Of a stretch of DNA of 64,000 nucleotides, positions 1 through 10,357 are shown piece after piece. The notes below the pieces were generated by a model. The model did not search any database. It was not told the origin of the DNA and was given only the letters and a program-made list of their open reading frames with translations. The stretch is from an uncultured Candidatus Rokubacteria bacterium. Lineage in GTDB: Bacteria; Methylomirabilota; Methylomirabilia; Rokubacteriales; DASRDR01. The first letter of the stretch is position 1; every line of letters begins with the position of its first letter. Made by a program: the position numbers and the translations under genes. The stretch lies in NCBI GenBank assembly GCA_963826115.1, contig CAWGVS010000006.1, positions 384,001 through 448,000 on the forward strand. The letters are read 5' to 3'.

Positions 1-288
1 AACAATTGGGGGAACGGGGGTCCCGGAAACGGCGTCCCCAACGACAACTTCTCCGTCCGCTGGACGGGGCGATTCACCTTCACCGCTGGACAGAAGACCT
101 TCACAACCCGGAGCGACGACGGTATCCGGATGTGGGTCGACAACGTGCAGATCATCAACCGCTGGACGGACCATGGCCCCACGAACGATACCGCCACGCG
201 CGTCATGACCGCGGGGGACCACGACGTGAAGGTGGAGTACTACGAGCGCGGAGGCGGCGCGGTCGCCCAGGCGAGCTGGACGCCCTGA
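1..288 (+). CDS. 3' end of PA14-domain protein (partial, runs off window start)
   Basis: My frame-1 translation reads NNWGNGGPGNGVPNDNFSVRWTGRFTF...TTRSDDGIRMWVDNVQIINRWTDH...GDHDVKVEYYERGGGAVAQASWTP*. FSVRWTG, SDDG and VEYYE are typical PA14 motifs. Absent from the supplied ORF track. Confidence 0.85.
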   Translation, partial: NNWGNGGPGNGVPNDNFSVRWTGRFTFTAGQKTFTTRSDDGIRMWVDNVQIINRWTDHGPTNDTATRVMTAGDHDVKVEYYERGGGAVAQASWTP

Positions 289-432
289 CGCGCGGTCCTC
301 TCGCGCCGTTCGCTCGATCGCTCCCGTCCCGCCCGGTCCGTTCGCGCGTCCGGTAGGCTGCCGGAGTGGACCGGTCGGGCCAAAGCTCGCGTCGCCCGAG
401 CTTCACCGGCCCCGGCAGGGGAAGCCCGAGCA

Positions 433-1638
433 GTGAATGCGCCCGTTCGCCATGGCGTGGTGTTGGCGAGCGGGCCCGGCGCCGCCGTCCCGGTTGCGGG
501 CGTCCCGCTCGCCGTGCGAGCGCTCGTGGCGCTTCGCGAGGCCGGGTTCACCGACCTCGTGCTGGTTGCCGCGGGGACGCCTCGCTGGGCTGCCGAGCCG
601 CTCGCGCGCCGCGGGATACGGGTTCGGTGGGTGGAGCCCAGTGCGCTCGAGACGCCCGCCGCCCGGGACTTCGAGGGCGGAACCATCTGCGCCCTGACCG
701 GCGACACGCTGATCGATGCCGACGCGGCGGCGGCCCTCCGGGAGGCCCCGACGGGACCTGTGTGGGCGGGCGGCCGGCCCGTCGGCGTGGTGTGCGAGGG
801 CCGAGATGCCGCAGCGTGCCTAGGTCGACCCGATCTCTGGGCCTGCCTTCCGGGCCGCGGCACCCGGCTCGAGTCCGGCCTCGCGGTGCCGCTCGCGGCC
901 GCAGGGAGTTCCCGCCGCCTGGAGCAGGTCCTCCTCGAGCGCCTCGTGGGCCGGCCGACCGGGGACAGTTACCTGGCGGTCATGATCGATCGCCCCCTGT
1001 CCCGGCCCCTGACGCGCTTCCTCCTCCGGATGCCGCTCACGCCGTCCCACGTGACGCTGCTCGGGATCGTGGTCGGGCTCCTGGGCGCGGCGGGGCTCGC
1101 GACGGTCTCCTACTGGGGCCGGCTCTGCGGCATCCTCCTCCTGGTGCTCTCGATCGTGCTCGACTGCGTGGACGGCGACATGGCGCGGGCACGGCTCGCG
1201 CAGCATCCGGCGGGCGCCCGGCTGGACGTGACGGGTGACTACCTGGTGCACCTCGCCGTCTTCGCGGGCCTGTCGGTCGGCCTCCTGCGCGAGGGATTGC
1301 CCCCGTACGGGGTCTGGGCCGCCCTGGCCCTGCTCGCCGGCGTCGGCGCCGCGATGCTCGCCGTTCACGTCCTGTTCATCGGGCCCGCGCTCGAGCGTGG
1401 CGGCGATCTCCACTGGACGGGCGACGCCACGAGCCTGCGCGGCCGGCCCGGAGCGTCAATCGTGGAGAAGCTGGCGAGCCGCGACTACACGTACCTCCTG
1501 CTCGTGCTGGCCGCGATTGGCCACCTCGAGTGGTTCCTCTACGCCGCCGCCGGCGGGGCCTGGCTGTTCACGGGAGCCCTCGTCGCGTACCGGTTTCTGG
1601 CGATGCCGGCGGCGCCGCGACGGATCACGCCCGAGTGA
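433..1638 (+). CDS. CDP-alcohol phosphatidyltransferase family protein with degenerate N-terminal nucleotidyltransferase-like domain
   Basis: CDP-AP signature LDCVDGDMARARLAQHPAGARLDVTGD plus several TM helices. N-terminal GVVLASG...VAGVPLAVRALVALREAGFTDLVLV resembles the NTP-transferase fold. Confidence 0.85.
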   Translation: MNAPVRHGVVLASGPGAAVPVAGVPLAVRALVALREAGFTDLVLVAAGTPRWAAEPLARRGIRVRWVEPSALETPAARDFEGGTICALTGDTLIDADAAAALREAPTGPVWAGGRPVGVVCEGRDAAACLGRPDLWACLPGRGTRLESGLAVPLAAAGSSRRLEQVLLERLVGRPTGDSYLAVMIDRPLSRPLTRFLLRMPLTPSHVTLLGIVVGLLGAAGLATVSYWGRLCGILLLVLSIVLDCVDGDMARARLAQHPAGARLDVTGDYLVHLAVFAGLSVGLLREGLPPYGVWAALALLAGVGAAMLAVHVLFIGPALERGGDLHWTGDATSLRGRPGASIVEKLASRDYTYLLLVLAAIGHLEWFLYAAAGGAWLFTGALVAYRFLAMPAAPRRITPE

Positions 1639-2684
1639 CGACGCTCCGGCGCCGCGGTCTCGAGCTCGGGTGTCTCGCGCTCGGGGTGACGGTCCTGGCC
1701 GGTACGCTCTGGACCATCGGTGCGGACACGCTCGTTCGCGATCTTCGCACCCTGGGCTGGTCCCTGGCCGCGATCCTCTTGATCGAGAGCGCGAGCGTGG
1801 CTCTGAACACCGTGGGCTGGGCGGCCGCCTTTCCGGCCGGCGAGCGGACGGTCGGCGCGCTCCGGCTGTTCGGAGCCCGCTTGGCCGGGGATAGCATCAA
1901 CTACCTCACGCCGTCCGCCTCCGTCGGGGGCGAGCTTCTCCGGGTCCGGCTGCTCGGGCCCGGCGTCGCCCCGGGCGTCCGGTGGGCGTCCGTGAGCGCG
2001 GCCAAGGTCGGCCAGTCGCTCGCCCAGGCCGTATTCATCCTGCTGGGGATCGCCGTGACGCTGCCCGGCGTGGCCGCGGCGCGCGGCTGGCTCGGCGGGC
2101 CGCCCCTCGCGCTCGCCGTCGGGACGCTGGCGGCGGCCGCGGCTTTCGTGCCCGCGATCGCGTTCGTCTGGGCGGTCGATCGCGGGTTCTGGACGACGAC
2201 CCACGGTCTGCTCCACCGATGCCGTCTCGCGCGGATCGTGCCGGCGGGGTGGACCGGAGCTGGGCGCGACCTCGACGCTGCGCTGGCCCGGCTCGGCCGG
2301 TGGCGCGCGGCCGCCGTCCTCGCGTGCTTCGTCGCGGGCTGGACCGTCGGGGCGGCGGAGATCTACATCATCCTGCGCTCGATCGGCAGCGCCGTGAGCT
2401 GGCGCACGGCGCTGGCGCTCGAGACGGGCGCCGTGCTCCTCGATGGTATTCTCTTCTTCGTGCCGGCCAAGGTCGGGACGCAGGAGGGAGGCAAGGTCGT
2501 GCTGTTCGCGGCCCTCGGCCTCGACCCGGCGCGCGGCCTCACGGTCGGGATCGTCCGCCGGATCCGGGAGCTCGTCTACACGGGCGTCGGTCTGCTCGCG
2601 CTTGGCGGGCTGAGCGTGCGTTCGGCCACGGGCCCGGTTCCGCAGGCGGTCCCCGTCGCCGCCGACGAGCACGGGCATGTCTGA
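1635..2684 (+). CDS. Lysylphosphatidylglycerol synthase TM / HpnL-like flippase-domain membrane protein
   Basis: Multi-TM protein with RLAGDSINYLTPSASVGGE and FFVPAKVGTQEGG motifs. The GTG at 1635 overlaps the upstream TGA (GTGA coupling). Confidence 0.8.
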   Translation: MTTLRRRGLELGCLALGVTVLAGTLWTIGADTLVRDLRTLGWSLAAILLIESASVALNTVGWAAAFPAGERTVGALRLFGARLAGDSINYLTPSASVGGELLRVRLLGPGVAPGVRWASVSAAKVGQSLAQAVFILLGIAVTLPGVAAARGWLGGPPLALAVGTLAAAAAFVPAIAFVWAVDRGFWTTTHGLLHRCRLARIVPAGWTGAGRDLDAALARLGRWRAAAVLACFVAGWTVGAAEIYIILRSIGSAVSWRTALALETGAVLLDGILFFVPAKVGTQEGGKVVLFAALGLDPARGLTVGIVRRIRELVYTGVGLLALGGLSVRSATGPVPQAVPVAADEHGHV

Positions 2685-4155
2685 GGGAGCGGTGGCGCGG
2701 CGCACCCTGTTCCTGCACCCGCCCTCGTTCGAGGGCTTCGACGGTGGCGCAGGGTCCCGCTACCAGGCGCGCCGCGAGATCCGCTCGTTCTGGTACCCCA
2801 CCTGGCTGGCCCAGCCTGCCGCGCTCGTCCCCGGAAGCCGCCTGGTCGACGCCCCACCCGACGGCCTGACTCTCGAGCAGGTGGCCCCGCTCGCCCGCGA
2901 GTACGACCACGTGGTGATGCACACGAGCACGCCCTCCTTCGGCAGCGACGCGCGCGTGGCCGAGCGCCTGAAGGAGGAGCATCCGGGTGTCCTGGTCGGG
3001 ATGGTCGGAGCCCACGTCGCCGTCCTTCCGGAGGCGTCGCTTCGCGTGGCGCGTGCGGTCGACTGGGTCGGCGTGGGCGAGTTTGACCATGCCTGCGCGG
3101 AGATCGCCGCCGGCCGGCCGCTCGGGGACGTGCGGGGCATCGCCTATCGCCACGGCGACCGGATCCGGTTCACGCCGCCTCGTCCGCCGATCGAAGACAT
3201 GGACGCGCTGCCGTCCGTGGTGGACGTGTACCGGCGCGACCTGACGATCGAGCACTACTTCATCGGTTACCTGCTCCACCCGTACGTGTCGCTCTACACG
3301 GGACGCGGGTGCCGCTCCAAGTGCACGTTCTGCCTGTGGCCGCAAACCGTGGGCGGTCACCGCTACCGCGTGCGGAGCCCGGAGAGCGTCGAGGCCGAGA
3401 TGGCGCTGGCCAAGCGCTATTTCCCCCAGGTGCGCGAGTTCTTCTTCGACGACGACACGTTCACGGACGACCTGCCGCGGGCCGAGGAGATCGCGCGCCG
3501 GCTGGGCCGCCTCGGGCTCACGTGGTCGTGCAACGCGAAGGCGAACGTCCCGCGCCGGACGCTGGAGGTCCTCCGTGACAACGGGCTCCGGCTCCTCCTG
3601 GTGGGCTACGAGTCGGGGGACCAGCGGATCCTGAACAACATCAAGAAGGGCGTGCGCCTCGACGTGGCGCGGGAGTTCACGCGGCACGCCCGGGACCTCG
3701 GCATCGCGATCCACGGGACCTTCGTCCTGGGGCTGCCGGGAGAGACGCCGGAGACGATCCGGGAGACGATCCGCTACGCGTGCCAGATCGAGCCCGACAC
3801 CATCCAGGTCTCGCTGGCGGCGCCGTACCCCGGGACCGCGCTCTACCGGCAGGCGCAGGAGCAGGGGTGGCTCTCGCCGACGGCGGGGGACCTCGTGAAC
3901 CCGGACGGCGTGCAGGTCGCCGCGCTCGCCTACCCGGGGCTTGCGCAGTCGGAGATCTTCGACTCGGTCGAGGCGTTTTATCGCCGCTTCTACTTCCGGC
4001 CGCGGAAGATCGTCGCGATGGCCGGCGGCATGCTGCGGGACCCGTCCCTCATGCGGCGACGGCTCCGCGAGGGCGTCGAGTTCTTCCGGTTCCTCCGTGA
4101 CCGCCGCGCGTCCCCGCCGAAGGTCCGGCCGGCGGCCGCGGGCCGGGCGGGTTGA
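2677..4155 (+). CDS. hpnJ: Hopanoid biosynthesis-associated radical SAM protein HpnJ
   Basis: N-terminus TLFLHPPSFEGFDGGAGSRYQARREIRSFWYPTWLAQPAALVPGSRLVDAP is characteristic of HpnJ. CxxxCxxC motif CRSKCTFC. Confidence 0.92.
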   Translation: MSEGAVARRTLFLHPPSFEGFDGGAGSRYQARREIRSFWYPTWLAQPAALVPGSRLVDAPPDGLTLEQVAPLAREYDHVVMHTSTPSFGSDARVAERLKEEHPGVLVGMVGAHVAVLPEASLRVARAVDWVGVGEFDHACAEIAAGRPLGDVRGIAYRHGDRIRFTPPRPPIEDMDALPSVVDVYRRDLTIEHYFIGYLLHPYVSLYTGRGCRSKCTFCLWPQTVGGHRYRVRSPESVEAEMALAKRYFPQVREFFFDDDTFTDDLPRAEEIARRLGRLGLTWSCNAKANVPRRTLEVLRDNGLRLLLVGYESGDQRILNNIKKGVRLDVAREFTRHARDLGIAIHGTFVLGLPGETPETIRETIRYACQIEPDTIQVSLAAPYPGTALYRQAQEQGWLSPTAGDLVNPDGVQVAALAYPGLAQSEIFDSVEAFYRRFYFRPRKIVAMAGGMLRDPSLMRRRLREGVEFFRFLRDRRASPPKVRPAAAGRAG

Positions 4156-4166
4156 TCGGCGTCCCG

Positions 4167-4553
4167 ATGCGCGCGCTCTTCGTGTGCCGCGGCAACGTCT
4201 GCCGGAGCCGGGTGGCCGAGCAGATCTTCCAGGTCCTGACCTGGAGTGTGGGAGACCGGGGCGATCACGAGGCGCGCTCGGCCGGCGTCGATCCGGACTC
4301 GGGCGGCCGCCTGATCACGAAGCGGGACGTGGCGTGGGCCGACGTGATCTGCGTCATGGAGCCGGAGCACGAGGCCTACATCCGGAAGCACTGGCCGGAG
4401 CACGCGCCGAAGGTCCGCGTGCTCGGGATCCCCGACGTCTACGAGCCGGACGACGCCGACCTCCGGGACCGCCTCACCGAGGTGGTGCGAGGCCTCCTGG
4501 CCGAAGCCCAGCGCGGCTCCACCGGCGAGCCGCGGACCTCGCGGGGGCGCTGA
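4167..4553 (+). CDS. Low-molecular-weight protein-tyrosine phosphatase family protein
   Basis: P-loop FVCRGNVCRS (C-X5-R), SAG, WADVICVME and IPDVY motifs. Start is ATG 4167 or TTG 4152. Confidence 0.85.
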   Translation: MRALFVCRGNVCRSRVAEQIFQVLTWSVGDRGDHEARSAGVDPDSGGRLITKRDVAWADVICVMEPEHEAYIRKHWPEHAPKVRVLGIPDVYEPDDADLRDRLTEVVRGLLAEAQRGSTGEPRTSRGR

Positions 4554-4574
4554 CCGGGCCGCGGGGGCCGGTCA
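4551..4574. terminator. Short hairpin between convergent genes
   Basis: TGACCGG...CCGGTCA inverted repeat overlapping both stop codons. No U-tract. Confidence 0.35.
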
Positions 4575-5003
4575 GACCCGCCGCCGGCCGCTGTCCCGGA
4601 AACGAACGGCGGCCCGCACCGCGGCGACCAGCTCGTCGAGGTTGAACGGCTTGACGAGGTAGTAGAAGATTCCGGCCGCGCGAGCGGCCTGCTCCACCTC
4701 GTAGGACGCGTGCCCCGTCATGACGATGATCGGGAGTGACTCGTCGAAGCGCTTCACCACGGCGATCGCGTCCAGGCCGCCGAGTCCCGGGAGCTTCAGG
4801 TCCAGGATCAGCGCCCGGTAGCTGATTTTCATGATGCGCTGGATGGCGTCCACCGCGCGATCGGCGGTGTCCACCTCGAACACCTCCTGGGACAGCACCT
4901 CGACGATCGTGTCGCGCATGCGCGGGTCGTCGTCGCAGACCAGGACCCGCTCGCGCTCCGCCGCCGCCGGCCCCTGGGCCGAGGTCGCGCTCTCGTGGCT
5001 CAC
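4572..5003 (-). CDS. Single-domain response regulator (REC)
   Basis: Canonical receiver residues: VLVCDDD, LILDLKLPG, MTGH, VKPF. Start placed at GTG 5003, which follows a GGAGG. Confidence 0.88.
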   Translation of the reverse strand: MSHESATSAQGPAAAERERVLVCDDDPRMRDTIVEVLSQEVFEVDTADRAVDAIQRIMKISYRALILDLKLPGLGGLDAIAVVKRFDESLPIIVMTGHASYEVEQAARAAGIFYYLVKPFNLDELVAAVRAAVRFRDSGRRRV

Positions 5004-5025
5004 TTTCGCCTCCGCGCGCTCGGGC

Positions 5026-6453
<1,428 letters not shown>

Positions 6454-6491
6454 GTTTGATGGAAAAAGGCTACGGAATTTCTCCCGGTTCC

Positions 6492-6520
6492 ACTATCCAG
6501 AGTGGAGGGGAGGCTGTCAA
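6492..6520 (-). promoter_or_regulatory. Putative sigma70 promoter of the activator gene
   Basis: Minus strand TTGACA-17 nt-GATAGT upstream of ATG 6453. Confidence 0.5.
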
Positions 6521-6659
6521 GGCATTTCCCGAATGGCTACGCGGACTGGGAGCACGAGACCTGCGGGACCGTGGAACTGGCGGGCCTTTTGGCTTGTTTC
6601 CACGGTGCGCGTCACGGTTGGTCGTGAAGGAACGTGCGCTCGCAAACTTGCTATTGCCC

Positions 6660-6675
6660 TGGCACCTGGATTGCT
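6660..6675 (+). promoter_or_regulatory. Sigma54 -24/-12 promoter of the EPS operon
   Basis: TGGCAC-CTGGA-TTGCT matches the TGGCAC-N5-TTGCW consensus exactly. It lies 75 bp upstream of ATG 6750 and is divergent from a GAFTGA activator. Confidence 0.85.
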
Positions 6676-6749
6676 GTATCGTGGCGGGACTTCAGGAATC
6701 ACCACTGTCGTTGGCGGGCCACAGGCCCGAGGATTGGGGGAAGCGGAAT

Positions 6750-7301
6750 ATGACGCGTAGGGTGCTCATCGCGTTGCTCGGCGCACTCATCGTGGCCGTC
6801 GGAACATCCACTTGGGCCGCAACCGAGGACGAGAAGCGGATCATCAACGGGCCGAGCAAGACCTCGTTCGGTGGCTTGGAGCTGGTGCTCGGGCAGGGCT
6901 CGTCGGCCGAGACGTCTTTCCAGCCCGACGCGAGCAAGCTGATGGTGAAGACCCTCGTCGGCGAGGCACGCATCGTCACGTCGGCCAAGAACCTGATCCT
7001 GGTGGAGAGCAGCGAGGGTCGCATCGAGATCCTCCTGCCCAACGGGCGGGTCATCGTCGTGGAGCCGGGCAAGGCGGAGATCGTCGGCCGGGCGCTCGTG
7101 GACGACCCAGGAAACATCACGATCCGGCTCTCCGGGACCGGTCCGGTCGCGCAGGGGCCGGGGGGCCTGCCACCGTCGATCACGACGACCATAGTCAGCG
7201 TGCAGGTGATCCTGTCCGTCCAGCCGTCGATCATCGACCCGCTGGAGCCGCTCCAGAACTCCGTTCGCGGGGCCACCACCTCGCCGACGACCAACCCCTA
7301 G
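6750..7301 (+). CDS. Secreted hypothetical protein (FecR-like beta-rich region, Ser/Thr/Pro tail)
   Basis: Signal peptide MTRRVLIALLGALIVAVGTSTWA after a purine-rich RBS. Beta-strand-like core. C-terminus GATTSPTTNP. Confidence 0.7.
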   Translation: MTRRVLIALLGALIVAVGTSTWAATEDEKRIINGPSKTSFGGLELVLGQGSSAETSFQPDASKLMVKTLVGEARIVTSAKNLILVESSEGRIEILLPNGRVIVVEPGKAEIVGRALVDDPGNITIRLSGTGPVAQGPGGLPPSITTTIVSVQVILSVQPSIIDPLEPLQNSVRGATTSPTTNP

Positions 7302-7412
7302 CAGTCTGACCTGAGGACCCTCACCGGGTCCCTCGTTACGAATACAACCCGCGTCGCCGCCGCTCGGAGAGTATCCGGGGGCGGCGACGCTTCGTCGCTC
7401 AAGGAGGGGCGC

Positions 7413-8603
7413 ATGCGCCACTTGCGTGCTCCGGCGATGTGGTCCGGGTTGGTCCTCCTCGCGGTGCTGGGATTCGTCGGATCGGCGTCGGCTCAAGGTC
7501 TCCAGCTCGGCCCCTTCCGTCTGCTGCCGTCGCTCGAGCTCTCCGTCGAGTACGACGACAACATCCTCTTGACCCGAGACGACAAGATCGACGACATCAT
7601 CTTCCACATCACCCCCGGCATCCTCCTCGAGCTACCGTCCCGGAAGTACGCGATCCGTCTCGGGTATCAGGCCGACGTCCTGCAGTACGTGGACAACACC
7701 GACCTCAATACCATCCATCACGCGATGCTGGCCGACGCCCGCGTGGGCTTCAACATGGGCCTGGGCCTCCGGCTGACGGACCGCTTCCTGATCACCGACG
7801 AGTTCTCCGGCTTCCCCGTCCCGGAGCTGACGCAGCGGGTGGATCGGTGGGAGAACACCCTCGACGTCGGGATGGACTACACGATCCGTGAGCGGTTTAC
7901 GCTGGACGTCGGCTATCGCTGGTTCATGGTCGACTACAGGGACGATCCCGAATTCGATCAGTTCGACCGGGACGACCACACGATTACCGGGACGCTCTTC
8001 TACCGGGTCCTTCCGAAGACGTCGGTCCTCGGCGAGGTCGAGTACAACATGGTCCGGTACGACATCCCGTCGGTCGCCGCCGACCGCGATTCGGACGCTT
8101 GGCGCTTCAAGGTCGGCCTGAAGGGTGACCTCACCGCCAAGACGACCATCCTGTTGAAGGTCGGCTGGGAATGGCGGGACTACGAGAATCGGCAGGATTG
8201 GGACGGGCTCATCGCCGAGCTCAATGTCGTCTGGAAGTACCGCGAGCCCTCCGAGGTGCGTCTGTTCGCCGGCCGGGCGAACGTCGAGTCGCTGTTCGAG
8301 GGCACGAACTACTACGTCAGCACGTACGGCGGCGCCGAGGTCCGGCACTTCCTGAGCGAGCGTCTGACGCTCCGGGTTCGGGGCCTGGGCGGCGTGAACG
8401 ATTATCCGGAGGACGCCGCGCTTGGTGCGGGGTCCGCGGATCGCAGTGACGTGTTCATCGAAGCCGGCGCGGCGCTCAAGTACCAGATGCGGCGCTGGCT
8501 CGCGTTCGAGCTCGCGTACAACTTCCTGAAGCTCGACTCGAACTTCAACGAGTTCGACTACACCGACAACCGCGTGAAGGCGAGCGTTATCTTCTCGTAC
8601 TGA
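7413..8603 (+). CDS. Outer-membrane beta-barrel protein associated with polysaccharide export (EpsX/Wzp-like)
   Basis: Strong RBS AAGGAGG, signal peptide, YDDNI motif, amphipathic beta-strands and aromatic C-terminus (YTDNRVKASVIFSY). Directly upstream of the OPX genes. Confidence 0.85.
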   Translation: MRHLRAPAMWSGLVLLAVLGFVGSASAQGLQLGPFRLLPSLELSVEYDDNILLTRDDKIDDIIFHITPGILLELPSRKYAIRLGYQADVLQYVDNTDLNTIHHAMLADARVGFNMGLGLRLTDRFLITDEFSGFPVPELTQRVDRWENTLDVGMDYTIRERFTLDVGYRWFMVDYRDDPEFDQFDRDDHTITGTLFYRVLPKTSVLGEVEYNMVRYDIPSVAADRDSDAWRFKVGLKGDLTAKTTILLKVGWEWRDYENRQDWDGLIAELNVVWKYREPSEVRLFAGRANVESLFEGTNYYVSTYGGAEVRHFLSERLTLRVRGLGGVNDYPEDAALGAGSADRSDVFIEAGAALKYQMRRWLAFELAYNFLKLDSNFNEFDYTDNRVKASVIFSY

Positions 8604-8644
8604 GCCGGGCAACACCCGACGCAACGCGCGGCAAGGGCTCGATC

Positions 8645-10276
8645 ATGCGTCGTCCTTCACGGCGGTATCACTGGGCGGTCCTGTCCCTCGCGCTTCTCGG
8701 CGCGCTTCTCACGGGGCTCATCCCGCCGGCCGCAGGCCAGCCTGCGCGGGCGCCTAGTCAGGACTACCGGGTCGGCCCCAAGGACGTCCTGAAGGTCACC
8801 ATCTGGGGGCACGACGACCTGTCGCGCCTCGTCGTGGTGTCCGCGGACGGGACCTTCCAGTTCCCCCTGATCGGCGACGTCCGCGTGTCCGGTCTGACGC
8901 CGGGCGCCATCGAGACCCTCCTGCGAGAGCAGCTCGAGAAGGACTACCTCGTCAACCCGCAGGTCTCGGTCAGCGTCCAGGAGTTCCGCTCCCAGCGGGT
9001 GTTCGTGCTCGGCGAGGTCGAGAAGCCCGGGACCTACGCCATGACGGGCCAGACCACGCTCCTCGACGTCCTCTCCCAGGCGGGCGGACCCGGGAAGACC
9101 GCCGGGCGGCAGGTCCTCGTGGTCCGGTTCCCGACGTCCGAGGGACCGGTGACGCCGGGGGCCGCCGGCAGCGTCGCGCTGCGCGCCAATCTCAAGCGCC
9201 TGCTGGACGGCGAGGGCAAGGAGAACATCGTCCTGCAGAACGGGGACACGGTCTTCGTCCCCAAGCTGACGTCGTTCTTCGTCCTAGGGGAGGTCCTGCG
9301 CCAGGGGGCCTACGCGATGGAGAAGGACACGTCGGCACTCGAGGCGGTGACGCTCGCTGGTGGGTTCACGGACCGGGCTGCGCCCAGCGGCGCGAGGATC
9401 CTGCGCAAGGGACCGGACGGCGCCCAGGAGACGATCGAGATCGACCTCTCCGATCCGAAGGCGCGCGAGGTGCACCTGGCGGAGGGGGACACCCTGCTCG
9501 TGCCCCGCGGCAACACCTTCTTCGTGTCGGGGGAGGTGCGGAAGCCGGGCGCCTACCAGCTCGAGAAGTCGACCACGGCGTTCGGGGCGGTGACCGTGGC
9601 CGGTGGCTTCACCGAGAAGGCGGGGCAGAGCCAGGCGAAGCTCATCCGGCGTTCGCCCACGGGCCAGGAGCAGACGGTGGTACTGGATCTGTCCGGTGCG
9701 GACCCCGCCGCGCGGGACTTCCCGCTGCGCGACGGCGACACGCTCCTCGTGCCCTCGGGGAACACTTTCTACGTGCTGGGCGAGGTGCGGAAGCCTGGCG
9801 CCTATCAGCTGGACCCGGCGACGACCGCGGTCAGCGCGATGACGCTTGCCGGCGGCTTCACCGAGAAGGCGCTGCAGTCCCAGGTCAAGCTCACCCGGCG
9901 GCTCCCGTCGGGGGTCGAGCAGACCACGTTACTCGACCTCTCGGGCGCAGACCCCAAGGCGAGGGAATTTTTCCTCAAGGATGGAGACATTCTACTCGTC
10001 CCGGTTGGGAACACCTTCTACGTGCTGGGGGAGGTGAAGAAGCCCGGGGCCTACCAGCTGGACCAGACGACCACGGCCATCCAGGGGGTCGCCATGGCGG
10101 GTGGGTTCACCGACCGGGCGGCGCCAAATCGCACGAAGATCATAAGAACTCACATAGATGGCCGTCAGGAAACGATCGTGATTGACCTCAACGAGGTGGT
10201 GAAACGAGGCCGAAAGGAGAAGGACCTCCCCCTGCTGGCCAACGACGTCCTCGTCGTACCGGAGAGTTTTTTCTAG
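8645..10276 (+). CDS. wza: Polysaccharide export OPX/Wza-family protein, Poly_export + 5 SLBB repeats
   Basis: YRVGPKDVLKVTIW...DGTFQFPLIG Poly_export motif. Five (V/F)xVxGEV...G(A/T)Y repeats. Ends VPESFF. Confidence 0.9.
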   Translation: MRRPSRRYHWAVLSLALLGALLTGLIPPAAGQPARAPSQDYRVGPKDVLKVTIWGHDDLSRLVVVSADGTFQFPLIGDVRVSGLTPGAIETLLREQLEKDYLVNPQVSVSVQEFRSQRVFVLGEVEKPGTYAMTGQTTLLDVLSQAGGPGKTAGRQVLVVRFPTSEGPVTPGAAGSVALRANLKRLLDGEGKENIVLQNGDTVFVPKLTSFFVLGEVLRQGAYAMEKDTSALEAVTLAGGFTDRAAPSGARILRKGPDGAQETIEIDLSDPKAREVHLAEGDTLLVPRGNTFFVSGEVRKPGAYQLEKSTTAFGAVTVAGGFTEKAGQSQAKLIRRSPTGQEQTVVLDLSGADPAARDFPLRDGDTLLVPSGNTFYVLGEVRKPGAYQLDPATTAVSAMTLAGGFTEKALQSQVKLTRRLPSGVEQTTLLDLSGADPKAREFFLKDGDILLVPVGNTFYVLGEVKKPGAYQLDQTTTAIQGVAMAGGFTDRAAPNRTKIIRTHIDGRQETIVIDLNEVVKRGRKEKDLPLLANDVLVVPESFF

Positions 10277-10308
10277 GAAACTTCTCCACGCAGGCCGCCT
10301 CCCATGGC

Positions 10309-10324
10309 GGGCACGGTAATTGCT
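10309..10324 (+). promoter_or_regulatory. Internal sigma54 -24/-12 promoter upstream of the second OPX gene
   Basis: GGGCAC-GGTAA-TTGCT (GG-N10-GC) in the AT-richer gap after the first wza. Confidence 0.7.
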
Positions 10325-10357
10325 CTCTACACCACCGGATTCATGAGGGAGGGTGGT

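Noticed and set aside
6-356. 116-aa ORF from the track at the window start
   Set aside because: Frame 1 (1..288) encodes a clear PA14 domain, so this is an off-frame shadow.
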